From Pyrinomonadaceae bacterium (lineage in GTDB: Bacteria > Acidobacteriota > Blastocatellia > Pyrinomonadales > Pyrinomonadaceae), in NCBI GenBank assembly GCA_035248565.1, contig DATFHH010000149.1, positions 2,497 through 66,496 of the forward strand: a DNA stretch of 64,000 nt, in the 5' to 3' direction. The stretch's first letter is position 1. Each line of letters starts with the position of its first letter. A model generated the notes under the pieces. The model was not told the origin of the DNA. It did no database searches and saw only the letters and a program-made list of their open reading frames with translations. A program made the position numbers and the translations under genes. Below are positions 19,067-27,597 of this stretch, one piece after another.

Positions 19067-20266
19067 TATTCTTACAAACCTGCGCTTTCCAACTTGGATC
19101 AAGTACGATCGATCTCCACTCAGCTCGACTTCGAAATCCGTTTGCGTCCGTCGTTCACCCTCGACATAAACTCCGCCTTGTTCGATCAGCCTCCGCGCTT
19201 CGGCCATCGAGGGCGCCAACGCGAGTTCGACCAACAACCGCGGCAACTTCCACGTTCCCGATTCCAACGCACGCTCCTCAACTTCCTCCGGCGCCTGCTT
19301 GTTTCGAAACATCGCATCAAACTCGGCTTCCGCCTTGCGCGCTTCAGCGTCCGAGTAAAAATCACTCACGATTAGTTTCGCGAGTTCGGCTTTGATGTCG
19401 CGCGGATTGCGCTGCCCGCGCTCGGCACTCTCGCGCAACGATCCTATCTGCGCGATCGAAAGATCGGTACATAGTTCGTAGTAACGCCACATCAATTCAT
19501 CGGAGATCGACATCACCTTGCCGAAGATCTCCTGCGGCGGCTCGTTGATGCCGATGTAGTTGCCTAAACTCTTCGACATCTTCTGCACGCCGTCAGTGCC
19601 TTCCAACAACGGCGTGATCACCGCGACCTGCGACTCCTGTCCATATTCTCTTTGCAGATTACGGCCCATCAACAAGTTGAACTTCTGATCAGTTCCGCCG
19701 AGTTCGACGTCGGCTTCGAGCGCAACCGAGTCGTAGGCCATCACCAATGGGTACATCACTTCGTGCAGCGCGAGCGGACGGTTCGCTTCGAGTCGTTGTT
19801 GAAAGTCATCGCGCTCGAGAATCTGTTTGACGGTGACGTGTGCTGCGAGTTTGAGAAATCCGGCCGAACCCAGCGTGTCCATCCAACGCGAGTTGAAATC
19901 GATGACTGTCTTTTCCGGGTCGAGTAGTTTGAAGATCTGGTGCTTGTAGGTTTCGGCGTTCGCGTTGATTTCGTCGCGCGTGAGTTGCGGCCGCGTAGCG
20001 TTCTTGCCTGACGGATCGCCGATCATGCCGGTGAAATCGCCGATCAAAAAGATCGCCGTGTGGCCCAGCTCTTGAAACGCGTGCAGCTTGCGGATCACGA
20101 CTGTATGGCCCAAATGGATGTCGGGGGCGGTTGGATCGGCGCCGAGTTTGACGCGCAGAGGCTTGCCAGTCTTGGCTGATTTCTCAAGCTTCGTGCGCAG
20201 CTCTGCGTCGCGAATAACCTCGGTGGTGCCTTTGCTTAGATATGCGAGTTGTTCGTCGATCGTCAT
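19052..20266 (-). CDS. tyrS: tyrosine--tRNA ligase
   Basis: HIGH motif (PDIHLGH), KMSKS motif (KMSKSLGN), C-terminal S4-like domain. ATG 20266 (MTIDEQLAYL). Confidence 0.9.
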   Translation of the reverse strand: MTIDEQLAYLSKGTTEVIRDAELRTKLEKSAKTGKPLRVKLGADPTAPDIHLGHTVVIRKLHAFQELGHTAIFLIGDFTGMIGDPSGKNATRPQLTRDEINANAETYKHQIFKLLDPEKTVIDFNSRWMDTLGSAGFLKLAAHVTVKQILERDDFQQRLEANRPLALHEVMYPLVMAYDSVALEADVELGGTDQKFNLLMGRNLQREYGQESQVAVITPLLEGTDGVQKMSKSLGNYIGINEPPQEIFGKVMSISDELMWRYYELCTDLSIAQIGSLRESAERGQRNPRDIKAELAKLIVSDFYSDAEARKAEAEFDAMFRNKQAPEEVEERALESGTWKLPRLLVELALAPSMAEARRLIEQGGVYVEGERRTQTDFEVELSGDRSYLIQVGKRRFVRIVSRG

Positions 20267-20314
20267 GAGCGAATAGAGTAGCTCAACTATTGAATGGTGC
20301 GCTATCCTCATTTC

Positions 20315-21184
20315 ATGGCTACTGAAACACCTGACATCAGTCCTCTTAGCAACTGCCGTCTGGCTTTTATCGGTTGCGGCGTGATGGCGGAAGCGATTAT
20401 CGCGGGACTACTGCGCAAGAAGTTGGTTGGTCCTGAACAGATCGTGGGCATTCATCCGCGGCAGGCTCGACGCGAAGAGATGCACGTGAAGTATGGCATC
20501 GAAATGTTTGAGCAGAACCGTGAGGCAGCACTGGCTAGCGCCCCTGAAACACCGGATGCTGGTTCGATGATCATCCTCGCAGTAAAACCGCAACGTCTTC
20601 ATCGCGTGCTGGAAGAACTGAAGGGTTCGCTGCATCCGGAGCAGCTCGTCATTTCAGTTGTTGCCGGTGCGAGGATTGAAACGATTTCCGATCATCTTTT
20701 GCACGCGCCGGTCGTGCGGACGATGCCAAACACGCCCGCACAGATCGGCGAAGGTGTAACTGCGTGGACCGCTAGTCCCGAGGTGAGTGCAAAGCAGGAG
20801 AGTCAGGTTCGTGCAATGCTCGACGCACTAGGCAAGGGTGTACATGTTGAAAACGAACGACAGATTGACATGGCAACCGCGCTGAGCTCCACTGGTCCTA
20901 CGTATATCTTTCTGGTGATGGAAGCGCTGGTTGATGCCGGTGTGCACATGGGCTTCTCGCGACACGTGGCCCAGGAGCTGGTCCATCAAATGATGCTCGG
21001 ATCGGTGTTGTTTGCGATCGAGTCGCACAAGCATCCAGCGGAGTTGCGAAACATGGTGACTTCGCCAGGCGGAACCTCGGCGGAAGCGATTTATCAGATG
21101 GAGAAGGGCAGCTTGCGAACGGTGATGTCGAAGGCTGTTTGGGCAGCGTATCAGCGCGCACAATCCCTCGGGGGAAAGATTTAA
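20315..21184 (+). CDS. proC: pyrroline-5-carboxylate reductase
   Basis: FIGCGVMAEAI Rossmann N-terminus and C-terminal VTSPGGTSAEAI motif. An alternative ATG exists at 20294. Confidence 0.88.
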   Translation: MATETPDISPLSNCRLAFIGCGVMAEAIIAGLLRKKLVGPEQIVGIHPRQARREEMHVKYGIEMFEQNREAALASAPETPDAGSMIILAVKPQRLHRVLEELKGSLHPEQLVISVVAGARIETISDHLLHAPVVRTMPNTPAQIGEGVTAWTASPEVSAKQESQVRAMLDALGKGVHVENERQIDMATALSSTGPTYIFLVMEALVDAGVHMGFSRHVAQELVHQMMLGSVLFAIESHKHPAELRNMVTSPGGTSAEAIYQMEKGSLRTVMSKAVWAAYQRAQSLGGKI

Positions 21185-21213
21185 TCTGCGTCACCGCGTT
21201 CATCCGCGGCTAA
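21181..21213. repeat. Family A/C hybrid element, copy C3
   Basis: TTAATCTGCGTCACCGCGTTCATCCGCGGCTAA. Carries both convergent stop codons (proC TAA 21182-21184, purN TAA 21181-21183 on the minus strand). Confidence 0.85.
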
Positions 21214-21771
21214 AACTAATGCTACCGCTTCGGAATACAACTGGTGTTCCTGCTCCAAAATTCTCGCCGACAACGTCTCTTCAGTATCATCCTCCATTAC
21301 GGGCACAATCCGCTGCGCGATGATTGGCCCACCATCAAGCGTCTCGTCGACAAAGTGCACCGTGCATCCACTCACCTTCACACCATGAGCGAGCGCTTGT
21401 CGCTGTGCGTCCAGCCCGGGAAACGCCGGCAGCAGACTTGGATGAATGTTCAATATTCGCCCCTTGAACGCCTCGATGAAGCACGGCGACAACAATCGCA
21501 TGTATCCCGCTAAGCAAACCAGGTCAACCTTCTGTTCTTGTAAGATCGAGATGATCTCGCGTTCGTGTTCTTCACGACTGCGACCACGGCGTTCGACCAC
21601 ACGCGTTTCGAGTTCACGTTCTTCTGCGAGTTGTAGCCCACGCGCATCAGCTTTGTCGCTGATCACGATCGCGATCTCAGCCTTTGGGATCTTTCCCACG
21701 CTGACAGCATCACTCAGCGCAAGCATGTTTGATCCACGACCGGAGATGAGAATCGCGATTCTTTTCTTCAC
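21181..21771 (-). CDS. purN: phosphoribosylglycinamide formyltransferase
   Basis: ILISGRGSN, NIHPSLLP, GCTVHFVDE..DGGPII motifs. GTG start. Confidence 0.9.
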   Translation of the reverse strand: MKKRIAILISGRGSNMLALSDAVSVGKIPKAEIAIVISDKADARGLQLAEERELETRVVERRGRSREEHEREIISILQEQKVDLVCLAGYMRLLSPCFIEAFKGRILNIHPSLLPAFPGLDAQRQALAHGVKVSGCTVHFVDETLDGGPIIAQRIVPVMEDDTEETLSARILEQEHQLYSEAVALVLAADERGDAD

Positions 21772-21776
21772 GAGAC

Positions 21777-22808
21777 TTAAATCAACACCTCACGATTCCC
21801 GCTTATCACTTTTCCGATCGTGTAAACAGTCTCGCTACGACCGCGCAGGTCATTCTCGACTGTTTCAGCATCACCGGGCGAGCAGACGATCACGATGCCG
21901 ATTCCCATGTTGAACGTGCGATACATTTCACTGTCAGAAACGTTTCCAAGTCGGCGCAAGAGTTCGAATAGAGGAGGTATGGTCCATGAGTCTCGTTGGA
22001 TCTTCACCGCTGTGCCGTGCGGTAGTATTCGCGGAATGTTGTCAGTCAATCCTCCGCCAGTGATGTGCGCCAGGCCTTTGATTACGCCTTTGTCGAGCAG
22101 ATCGTAGAGGGGTCTGAGATAACTGAGATGCGGCAGCAGCAACGCGTCGCCGGCAGTCATTTCCAGTTCCGGCAGGTGAGTCTGTGGCTCGTATCCTGCA
22201 ACTTCAAAAAAGAGCTTGCGAGCGAGTGAATATCCGTTTGTGTGTAGTCCAGCAGATGGCAAGGCAAGCAGAACATCGCCGGCAGAGATGGTTTTTCCGT
22301 CGATGATTTTTTCTCGATCGACAACGCCGACAATAAAACCTGCAATATCGTATTCACCGTCCTGATAAAAACCCGGCATCTCCGCCGTTTCTCCGCCCAA
22401 CAACACACAACCATTGTCACGACAACCATTCGTCACGCCTTCGACAATGCTCGCCACAACATCGGGCGATAATTTTCCCGTCGCAATGTAGTCGAGAAAG
22501 AATAGTGGTCGCGCGCCCTGGACCAGAATGTCGTTGACGCAATGATTGACGAGATCGCGGCCGACTGTGTTGTGCACGCCTGTCGCAAAAGCGATCTTGA
22601 GTTTCGTGCCGACGCCATCAGCTGACGCAACCAGTACCGGCTGCTTCAGCTTTGGAAATGCGGCGTCAAACATGCCGCCGAAGCTTCCGATCTCGGAAAG
22701 CGTACGATCGTTGAAGGTCTGTCGCGCGAGCTCCTTGATCCTGTCCGTTGCTCGCGTCGCGGCGTCGATGTCAACACCCGCATCGCTGTATGAAATCGGC
22801 TTTTTCAT
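21777..22808 (-). CDS. purM: phosphoribosylformylglycinamidine cyclo-ligase (AIR synthetase)
   Basis: MKKPISYSDAGVDID.., DGVGTK, GGETAEMPG motifs. ATG 22808 lies inside repeat C4. Confidence 0.9.
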   Translation of the reverse strand: MKKPISYSDAGVDIDAATRATDRIKELARQTFNDRTLSEIGSFGGMFDAAFPKLKQPVLVASADGVGTKLKIAFATGVHNTVGRDLVNHCVNDILVQGARPLFFLDYIATGKLSPDVVASIVEGVTNGCRDNGCVLLGGETAEMPGFYQDGEYDIAGFIVGVVDREKIIDGKTISAGDVLLALPSAGLHTNGYSLARKLFFEVAGYEPQTHLPELEMTAGDALLLPHLSYLRPLYDLLDKGVIKGLAHITGGGLTDNIPRILPHGTAVKIQRDSWTIPPLFELLRRLGNVSDSEMYRTFNMGIGIVIVCSPGDAETVENDLRGRSETVYTIGKVISGNREVLI

Positions 22809-22830
22809 CCGTGTTATCCGCGGCTTATTG
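22806..22830. repeat. Family C element, copy C4
   Basis: CATCCGTGTTATCCGCGGCTTATTG. Contains the stop of the ComEC-like gene and the ATG of purM. Confidence 0.8.
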
Positions 22831-23964
22831 ATTCTTTTTTGCCGGTCTCGGAGGTGGACCGAAGTCACCATACGCAATAAATCCCGACCGCGATGAATCA
22901 TCCTTCTGCGCGGTCCGGCCCGCCCAGAGATCCTCCGTCGTTTCCTTCGCCGTTTTAATCGTCATGTCATTCTCTTTGCCGCGCGTCGTAATCGTGATCT
23001 CGCCCTGCAAGTCAGTGCGATAGAGTTTCACGTTCGCTGCACGCAAACGATCGAGCACTGGCTGCGCCGGATGACCATAACGGTTCCACGCGCCGCACGA
23101 CACAATCGCCACTTCCGGCTTCACGCGATTCAAAAAATCAGCCGACGACGCGTACTTCGAACCGTGATGCGCGACTTTCAAAACCTTCACTTGCAGATCC
23201 AAGTCCTTCGTCAACAGTCGATGCTCAGTCTGACTTTCAGCATCACCTGCCAGCAACATCGAAAACGATCCATAATCCAAACGCGCCACGATCGAATTCG
23301 CGTTTACATCATTGCCGCCCGTGCTCATCTTGTCTTTCGTGAACATCGGTTCTGACGGCGCCAGGATAGTCAACAACACACCGCCACCGAGATCGTATTT
23401 GGTTCCCGGTCGCGCTTTTTCATAATGCGCGCCGCTGCCGTTCACCGCTGCTTTGTAATCGTCATAAAACTTAGTCAGCGATGCTGGTTTGTTTGACTTC
23501 GCAGTGGTCGGCGGTTTTTTGGCGGTCGTTTGCTTTTGACCCGCCGCGGCAGCGAGCTCCGGCGGCACAGCCGGCGGCTGACCATTGTCGATCACATTCA
23601 AAACTTTGACGGCTTTGAAAACTTCAGCAGCTCCGCCGATGTGGTCGGGATGTGGATGCGTGGCGATGAAATAGTCGACTTGCTGGATGTTGTAGCGCTT
23701 CAACGCGTCGACAACAACCTTGCCTTTCATCGTATCGCCGGCATCGACGAGCACCGTCTTGCCTGACGGTGAAGAGATGAGGATCGAATCGCCGTTGATT
23801 GGACCAACATCAAGTATGTGGATCGTCAGTTCGCCACCTGAAGCGGGCGGTGGCTGGCTCTTCCACCACGGAAGTACGTACTTCCAACCGACGAACGCCG
23901 CAGCTCCGGCTAAAACCAAAAGTACGGCAACTGCACAACCACAGCCTCTGGTAGCTCGTCCCAA
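22825..23964 (-). CDS. membrane-anchored MBL-fold hydrolase, ComEC/Rec2 C-terminal-domain-like
   Basis: N-terminal TM helix. HPHPDHIGG metallo-beta-lactamase motif, ..LLAGDAE.., HHGS. Low-complexity Ala/Pro/Lys/Thr insert. TTG start. Confidence 0.72.
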   Translation of the reverse strand: MGRATRGCGCAVAVLLVLAGAAAFVGWKYVLPWWKSQPPPASGGELTIHILDVGPINGDSILISSPSGKTVLVDAGDTMKGKVVVDALKRYNIQQVDYFIATHPHPDHIGGAAEVFKAVKVLNVIDNGQPPAVPPELAAAAGQKQTTAKKPPTTAKSNKPASLTKFYDDYKAAVNGSGAHYEKARPGTKYDLGGGVLLTILAPSEPMFTKDKMSTGGNDVNANSIVARLDYGSFSMLLAGDAESQTEHRLLTKDLDLQVKVLKVAHHGSKYASSADFLNRVKPEVAIVSCGAWNRYGHPAQPVLDRLRAANVKLYRTDLQGEITITTRGKENDMTIKTAKETTEDLWAGRTAQKDDSSRSGFIAYGDFGPPPRPAKKNQ

Positions 23965-23990
23965 TCTCGACCCGCCTCAAAAATTTTTTT

Positions 23991-24079
23991 GCCACAAAGA
24001 GGCACAAAAGTCACAAACGATTAATCAAGCTTAACGCTTCATCCCAAATGCATTTGTGCTTTTTGTGCTTCTTTGTGGC
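23991..24079. repeat. Family D inverted repeat, copy D2 (long form)
   Basis: GCCACAAAGAGGCACAAAAGTCACAAA (23991-24017), 33-nt spacer, then CATTTGTGCTTTTTGTGCTTCTTTGTGGC (24051-24079). Abuts the purF stop. Confidence 0.85.
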
Positions 24080-25495
24080 TCAAGTTACCGATTCATGGTC
24101 GCGTTCCCACATTGTTTCCGCTTCACTCGTGATGCGCGTGGGGTATTTCCCGTTCCAGCAAGCAACGCATGAGGAGTCGGGGCTGATTCCAGTCGCTGCA
24201 ATCATTCCTTCGAGCGACAGGTAACCAAGCGAGTCGGCCTCGATGAATTTGCGAATCTCTTCCACCGACATCTGCGCGGCGATCAGTTCAGACTTGTTTG
24301 GTGTATCGACGCCGTAGTAACACGGGCTGATCGTCGGCGGACAACTGATACGCACGTGAATCTCTTTCGCGCCCGCTTCACGCACCATGCGCACTATCTT
24401 CTTCGACGTCGTGCCGCGCACGATCGAGTCGTCGATCAAGACTACGCGTTTGCCGGTGATCAGATCTCGAACGGGATTGAGTTTTATTCGCACGCCAAAC
24501 GAACGAATCGATTGTCGCGGTTCGATGAAGGTCCGGCCAACATAGTGATTGCGAACCAGCCCAAAACGAAAACTCAGACCACTTTCAGCCGCATAACCGA
24601 TCGCCGCGACCACGCCCGAGTCAGGCACCGGAACGACGATGTCAGCATCCGCAGGCTGCTCGACTGCAAGTTGCCGGCCCATCTTGTGTCGCGACTTATT
24701 GATCGATTTACCGTAGATCAACGAATCAGGCCGCGCGAAATAGACGTGCTCGAACAGACACATCGAATGCTTGCGCGGCGGCAGCGGATTCGACGATCGC
24801 AAACCTTCTCGATCGATCACTATCATCTCGCCCGGTTCGACGTCGCGCACGTACTGAGCGTCGATCAAATCAAATGCACACGTTTCGGAAGCGATCACCC
24901 ACGCATCGCCAAGCCGTCCCAAAGCGAGCGGACGAAAGCCGCGACTATCGCGAATCGCGATCAGCTCCGTGGGCGTCAGGAAGAGCATCGAAAATGCGCC
25001 TTCCGTTTCGCACAAGACCTGCGGAATCGCCTCGCGGATGGGCGAGCGCGATCGGGCCACACCATGAAGCACGACCTCCGTGTCGGAAGTTGAAGAAAAG
25101 ATCGCGCCGTCGCGTTCGAGGCGTTGCCGCTCTTCGCGTGCGAATGGGAGATTGCCGTTGTGACAAACTGCGATCTGCCCGTGCTGGCAATTGACGAGAA
25201 ACGGCTGCGCTTCGAGCAACGACACCTCGCCGGCGGTTGAATAGCGCACGTGTCCAATCGCGCTCATGCCGCGCAAACGATCGAGATGCGTCTGACCAAA
25301 TGCTTCGGACACGTGACCCATCGCGCGTTCGAGACGCAGTTCGGCGCCGTCGGAAGCGACGATGCCGCACGACTCCTGACCTCGATGCTGCAGCGCGTAT
25401 AAACCGAGGTAAGTCAATCGCGCGGCTTCCGAATGTCCGTAGATTCCGAAAACACCACACTCTTCATGCAGTTTGTCGTTCTCGTTTTCAGTCAC
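24080..25495 (-). CDS. purF: amidophosphoribosyltransferase (propeptide + Fe-S type)
   Basis: MTENENDKLHEE|CGVFGIYG (Ntn Cys after an 11-residue propeptide), PRTase VLIDDSIVRGTT, Cys ligands CPPTISPCYYG and CVACWNG. GTG start. Confidence 0.92.
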   Translation of the reverse strand: MTENENDKLHEECGVFGIYGHSEAARLTYLGLYALQHRGQESCGIVASDGAELRLERAMGHVSEAFGQTHLDRLRGMSAIGHVRYSTAGEVSLLEAQPFLVNCQHGQIAVCHNGNLPFAREERQRLERDGAIFSSTSDTEVVLHGVARSRSPIREAIPQVLCETEGAFSMLFLTPTELIAIRDSRGFRPLALGRLGDAWVIASETCAFDLIDAQYVRDVEPGEMIVIDREGLRSSNPLPPRKHSMCLFEHVYFARPDSLIYGKSINKSRHKMGRQLAVEQPADADIVVPVPDSGVVAAIGYAAESGLSFRFGLVRNHYVGRTFIEPRQSIRSFGVRIKLNPVRDLITGKRVVLIDDSIVRGTTSKKIVRMVREAGAKEIHVRISCPPTISPCYYGVDTPNKSELIAAQMSVEEIRKFIEADSLGYLSLEGMIAATGISPDSSCVACWNGKYPTRITSEAETMWERDHESVT

Positions 25496-25542
25496 GCGTG
25501 GAGATTACTTTGCCTTCGCAAAGCTTTCAACTATAAAACAGA

Positions 25543-25570
25543 CATAGATTTCCGCAGATGAAGACGGATA
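25543..25570. repeat. Family A/C-like three-word element
   Basis: CATAGATTTCCGCAGATGAAGACGGATA. The ATG of the cytochrome c gene (25558) is inside the middle word. Confidence 0.5.
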
Positions 25571-25938
25571 TGGCTTTTGATATGATTCGAAACGTGATGC
25601 AGATTGCCTTGTCAGTATTGTTGATCATCGCTGTGAGTTGGCTGATCTACGCTAAAGCGAACACCGCGCGTCCAGCGCCGCAGTTGTATCGTCGCTATTG
25701 CATCTCGTGTCATGGAAATGACGGAAAGGCGAAGACTTCGAAAGGCAAGTTTAGCCATGCGCGCGATCTTTCTGACCCGCAGTGGCAAGCAGACGTCAGC
25801 GACGAACGCATCTTCAACTCGATCATGAATGGGCGCAATGTGCGCGGTAACATGCCCTCCTTTAGCAACAAACTGAATGAAAAAGAGGCCGACTCGCTGG
25901 TGGATTTTGTGCGCCAGCTTAAAGCACAGCAGCAGTAG
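25558..25938 (+). CDS. membrane-anchored c-type cytochrome (class I-like)
   Basis: N-terminal TM helix, CISCHG haem-binding motif, distal NMPSF Met. Confidence 0.7.
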   Translation: MKTDMAFDMIRNVMQIALSVLLIIAVSWLIYAKANTARPAPQLYRRYCISCHGNDGKAKTSKGKFSHARDLSDPQWQADVSDERIFNSIMNGRNVRGNMPSFSNKLNEKEADSLVDFVRQLKAQQQ

Positions 25939-25944
25939 CAATTC

Positions 25945-26439
25945 ATGTTTTCATTTCGCAGTTTAGTCATTCTCGCCTTGCAAGTCGGCTTATTGATCGT
26001 GCTCTTCGGTGCAGGTTGGGCGATCTATAGACAACTTCCTTCGAGCGCGGCGGACGTTAGATCCGATCAAAAGACCACGACACTGCAAATTATTATTCGA
26101 CAGCCTCCGGAGAGTGTTGGACCAGCGCTGGACGTCGCGGTGAGTCTTTACCCGGTGGATATTGTCGCGGTGCGTCACGAGTTCTTCACTGAGCCGCGTG
26201 CTGGTAAGCGCTTTGAAGATTTTCTGAAAGAGCGCATGAAAGGGCGTTCGCCGATCAATGCACAGTTGGACAAGCAAGGACAGGGATCGGTGACGTTGGC
26301 GCCCGGCAGTTGGTGGTTGCATGCGACGCTTTCCGGTGACGAACAGCTCGAGTGGCGTTTGCCGGTGACAGTCACCGGTGCGAGGCAAGTCGTCGAACTA
26401 ACACCTCAGAACGCCTACACGAGAAGCAAGACGTTTTAG
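25945..26439 (+). CDS. hypothetical membrane-anchored protein
   Basis: 164-aa ORF starting 6 nt after the cytochrome c stop. One N-terminal TM helix. No family recognised. Confidence 0.5.
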   Translation: MFSFRSLVILALQVGLLIVLFGAGWAIYRQLPSSAADVRSDQKTTTLQIIIRQPPESVGPALDVAVSLYPVDIVAVRHEFFTEPRAGKRFEDFLKERMKGRSPINAQLDKQGQGSVTLAPGSWWLHATLSGDEQLEWRLPVTVTGARQVVELTPQNAYTRSKTF

Positions 26440-26456
26440 CCACAAAAAGGCACAGA
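26439..26456. repeat. Family D half element, copy D3
   Basis: GCCACAAAAAGGCACAGA, fills the gap between stop 26437-26439 and ATG 26457. Confidence 0.6.
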
Positions 26457-27410
26457 ATGCTGGCACTGCGGGTACAGAACAAACATCTGGCAGTCGAAGA
26501 TGTCGCGAAGCCTCATCAACCTGACGAGGCGCTGGTGCGTGTGCTCTTGTCCGGCATCTGCAATACCGATCTCGAAATCGCGCGCGGCTACGCTGGTTTT
26601 AACGGCACGATCGGACACGAGTTTGTTGGCGTTGTTGAAGACAGCACCGATCGCAAACTCGTTGGTCAACGCATCGTCGGAGAAATAAACGCCGGCTGCG
26701 GCAAGTGCGATCTTTGTCGTGCAGGCGACTCCCGCCATTGCCCAAATCACACCGTGCTCGGCATCGTCGGCCGCGATGGCGCACACGCCGAGTTTCTTCA
26801 ACTTCCTGCACGAAACCTGTTGCTCGTTCCTGACAACATTACTGACGAACACGCAGTCTTTACTGAACCACTCGCTGCAGCGTGTGGAATTCTCGAGCGC
26901 GTCGCGATTTCGAAGTCAGATCGCGTTGCAGTGATCGGCGATGGCAAACTCGGACTGCTCTGCGCACAGGCGCTCGTGGTGACCGGCGCACAGTTGCTCC
27001 TCATCGGCAAACACGAATCCAAACTGCGCATCGTGGATAAGCGTGGCATCGAAACTACATCTCCGGAAGAAGCAGCCAAACGCCGGCGACAGTTTGACGT
27101 GGTTGTCGAAGCATCAGGCGCCGCAGCGGGTTTCGGACTCGCGCTCGATCTTCTTCGTCCAAAGGGTCAACTGGTCCTGAAATCCACTTTTCACGGCAAG
27201 ACAGAAATCGATGCCGCGCGGATCGTCGTTGACGAGATCTCAATCGTCGGTTCGCGTTGCGGGCGCTTCAAACCAGCCCTACATCTGTTACAGAAAGGCG
27301 CGGTCGACGTCGATAGTCTGATTAGCGAGGAATACCCGCTATCAAGAGGTGTTGATGCAATGCGCCGTGCCGCCATGAAAGGCGTGCTAAAAGTCCTGCT
27401 ACGACCATAG
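26457..27410 (+). CDS. zinc-dependent alcohol dehydrogenase family (MDR) oxidoreductase
   Basis: GICNTDLE..GHEFVGVV catalytic Zn motif and structural Zn CGKCDLCRAGDSRHC. ATG 26457 (MLALRVQNK). Confidence 0.85.
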   Translation: MLALRVQNKHLAVEDVAKPHQPDEALVRVLLSGICNTDLEIARGYAGFNGTIGHEFVGVVEDSTDRKLVGQRIVGEINAGCGKCDLCRAGDSRHCPNHTVLGIVGRDGAHAEFLQLPARNLLLVPDNITDEHAVFTEPLAAACGILERVAISKSDRVAVIGDGKLGLLCAQALVVTGAQLLLIGKHESKLRIVDKRGIETTSPEEAAKRRRQFDVVVEASGAAAGFGLALDLLRPKGQLVLKSTFHGKTEIDAARIVVDEISIVGSRCGRFKPALHLLQKGAVDVDSLISEEYPLSRGVDAMRRAAMKGVLKVLLRP

Positions 27411-27415
27411 ATTGA

Positions 27416-27514
27416 GCGCCTCCTTGGAGTGCGGCGGCTTGACGCCGCTTTGTTATCGATCACGCCCCGATCGAGGCCAAAGCGGCGTCAAGCCGCCGCA
27501 CTCCAAGGAGGTGC
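27416..27514. repeat. Family B element, copy B1 (34-bp perfect arms, 25-nt spacer)
   Basis: CCTCCTTGGAGTGCGGCGGCTTGACGCCGCTTTG (27419-27452), spacer ttatcgatcacgccccgatcgaggc, then CAAAGCGGCGTCAAGCCGCCGCACTCCAAGGAGG (27478-27511). Confidence 0.92.
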
Positions 27515-27597
27515 CTTCTTCTAATGGCAAATGGAAAACCCTTTCGCTATACTCTAGCCCTTTCCCTGGGCTTGGATTTTCCAGAAGGTGGTGAAAT

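Noticed and set aside
24356-25460. 245-aa plus-strand ORF, plus 171-aa and 93-aa alternative-frame minus-strand ORFs, within purF.
   Set aside because: Arg-rich, low-complexity translations typical of off-frame reading of GC-rich coding DNA. The purF frame is fully supported.
27525-27553. Possible htrA promoter TGGCAA-17-TATACT.
   Set aside because: The -35 matches the consensus at only 3 of 6 positions, and no sigmaE-type motif was evident. Support is too weak to list as a feature.
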